A DNA stretch of 64,000 nt from Phoronis australis (lineage: Eukaryota; Animalia; Phoronida): the NCBI GenBank assembly GCA_002633005.1, contig NMRA01000001.1:23527-87526 (forward strand). Direction: 5' to 3'. Shown here piece after piece: positions 62,231 to 64,000 of this stretch. Under the pieces are notes generated by a model. It worked only from the letters and a program-made list of their open reading frames with translations. It made no database searches and was not told the DNA's origin. Position 1 is the first letter of the stretch. Each line of letters starts with the position of its first letter. A program made the position numbers and the translations under genes.

Positions 62231-64000
62231 CTAAACCGAGTTAATTTGAGTGTGAATGACTGTATGAAAGTCCTCTTCTCCCCCGTGCCTTCCTTTTAAT
62301 AATAATCTCTACCAATTATCCGCCCAATCAGTATTTTATTAGTTATTTTCTCGATACTTATTTGTGCTATATGTATGACGTAATTTGTTCTTTAGTAAGT
62401 TGTAAAGCTATGTAGCTGGGGCCGCCCAACCCCAGCCGTATCTAGTACTGATATGCTTCCTGGGTTAATGAACGTATTATTCATCGATAAAAAGTTTACT
62501 CACGAATGCCATATTTTCTAATGAAATATCTCCAGTATTTTAATCACAAAAATACAGTCTTATTCCCTAAATTAGGAGTGTTTCTTGAAAGTCCCAATTT
62601 CTTATCAGTCATGTCAAGCATTGAAAATGGAGTTTAAAGGTCTAGTATGGTGTCAATATGACTATTTTTACGTCTAAAGTAATTTATTGATAAAAACATC
62701 AAAATACTGTGTCATAGCATACCCCAGTCGTTAATTAAGTAGGCCTTCGACAATACAGTAGCCCCATCACGAACCACAATTAGTGCCGAAAAAAACTTGA
62801 GACGGCGCTTGCACTAATCGAAGTCTATAACATTATCGTTACAACGAATTTGGCTTCCACAGTATATCCACAGTATTGAAATCACAGATGACTGGCCATT
62901 TAACTTAGTGCAAAATACGTGGAAAATCAAGGAAACACATTAAATTTTCATTTCATGTCAGTTAATATTAAAATCAATCAAAATCACCACCTTTAGAATT
63001 TTTATTCAATTATTTAGCACTCATTCTAATACGGGCCCGTATGGGAATCTCCGGGAGTGTGACTGGGGCCGTCAAAACAGTCGGAAAAACAAAACGCTTC
63101 GTCTGAATTGTTATCAGCAATTTCACAATGTATATTATAAAGTGCAACTTGTTTGATACAAAAACTTTGAGGTTATGAACTTTGCATTCATGTCTTTTTG
63201 AAGCCGGAGGTGTGAACGCTGCGCGATTCCAAAACGGGCGGCTGTCGAGTGTGTGTCCCGTATTGGTAGGCTTATAGACAACAATAGGCCGTTTAATTTA
63301 ATAGCAACCCAACATCGTGCGTGTCTGTAATAAATTAAAACTACGAATTACATGAAAACATACCCAATCATAACAATTTGTAATCAATTGAACGTTTTAA
63401 ATTCAGTATCAGAAATCCGTTAGGCCTACGGAAACGACCCAAATCAGATCGAATATTCCGGATTCGGACCGGATTCCCTATACTCTGAGCCGGTACAGTG
63501 ACATGAAACGTCGGAGTGCACACTGCAGATTTCATTTGTAACCAATCAGCTAACTATTTGAAGACTACCGCCAAAATACAGCTAGGTAACACTGTAACTT
63601 GAGCTCTGTTAAACCATAGACTATAGACTGTAGTCTATCTCGAAATTTCATACAGACCGGGTATGAGTTGCGTTAGTCAACTCATCGTGAAACTGGCGCA
63701 GAGCCAACGACCGACGGCCGGGGTGCATGCAAAATCTGACAATTAACTCGGACACTCACCTTGCCCGTTGACAGTCGTTTAAGGGAAGAACAATCTAATA
63801 AACGTCATATTCTAGCATTACTCCCACCTTTTGAGTTTTGTAACAAAGAAAGTCTGTTGTCGTTTTGAAAACAGTACGGTCGTGACACACGTACTCGCCG
63901 TACTTAAACTTTTCGACTCATACTTTTGGGACTTGATAACAGCTTCGCAGCAGTAAAGTTTGTTCTAAATTCGGTTTCCTGGTCTTAAAAATGCTACTAA

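Overview
AT-rich, intron-containing animal (invertebrate-like) genomic DNA with five single-N assembly joins (17332, 23111, 32318, 46315, 54011). Left: the 5' end of a minus-strand gene (large exon 470-1056, candidate first exon 23026-23044, weakly MCTP-like) with a repeat-rich ~22 kb intron. Middle: a plus-strand GH20 lysosomal beta-hexosaminidase (HEXA/HEXB type, 23834-39952; first exon not found). The exon encoding its active-site W/Y residues and the alpha/beta specificity position occurs as THREE diverged, intact, phase 0-to-1 tandem copies, the structure of a mutually exclusive exon cluster and the main finding here. One hexosaminidase intron holds an antisense, disabled coiled-coil plus CASPR-type fibrinogen-like gene. 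Convergent with the hexosaminidase is a complete 9-exon ETFA gene (333 aa). Right: two copies of a signal peptide plus PAN/Apple exon (one intact, one pseudogenised). Also present are MITEs, a Helentron-like element, LINE fragments, a Penelope remnant, two minimal hammerhead ribozymes and several tandem repeats. Gene models were read by eye; no searches or expression data were available.
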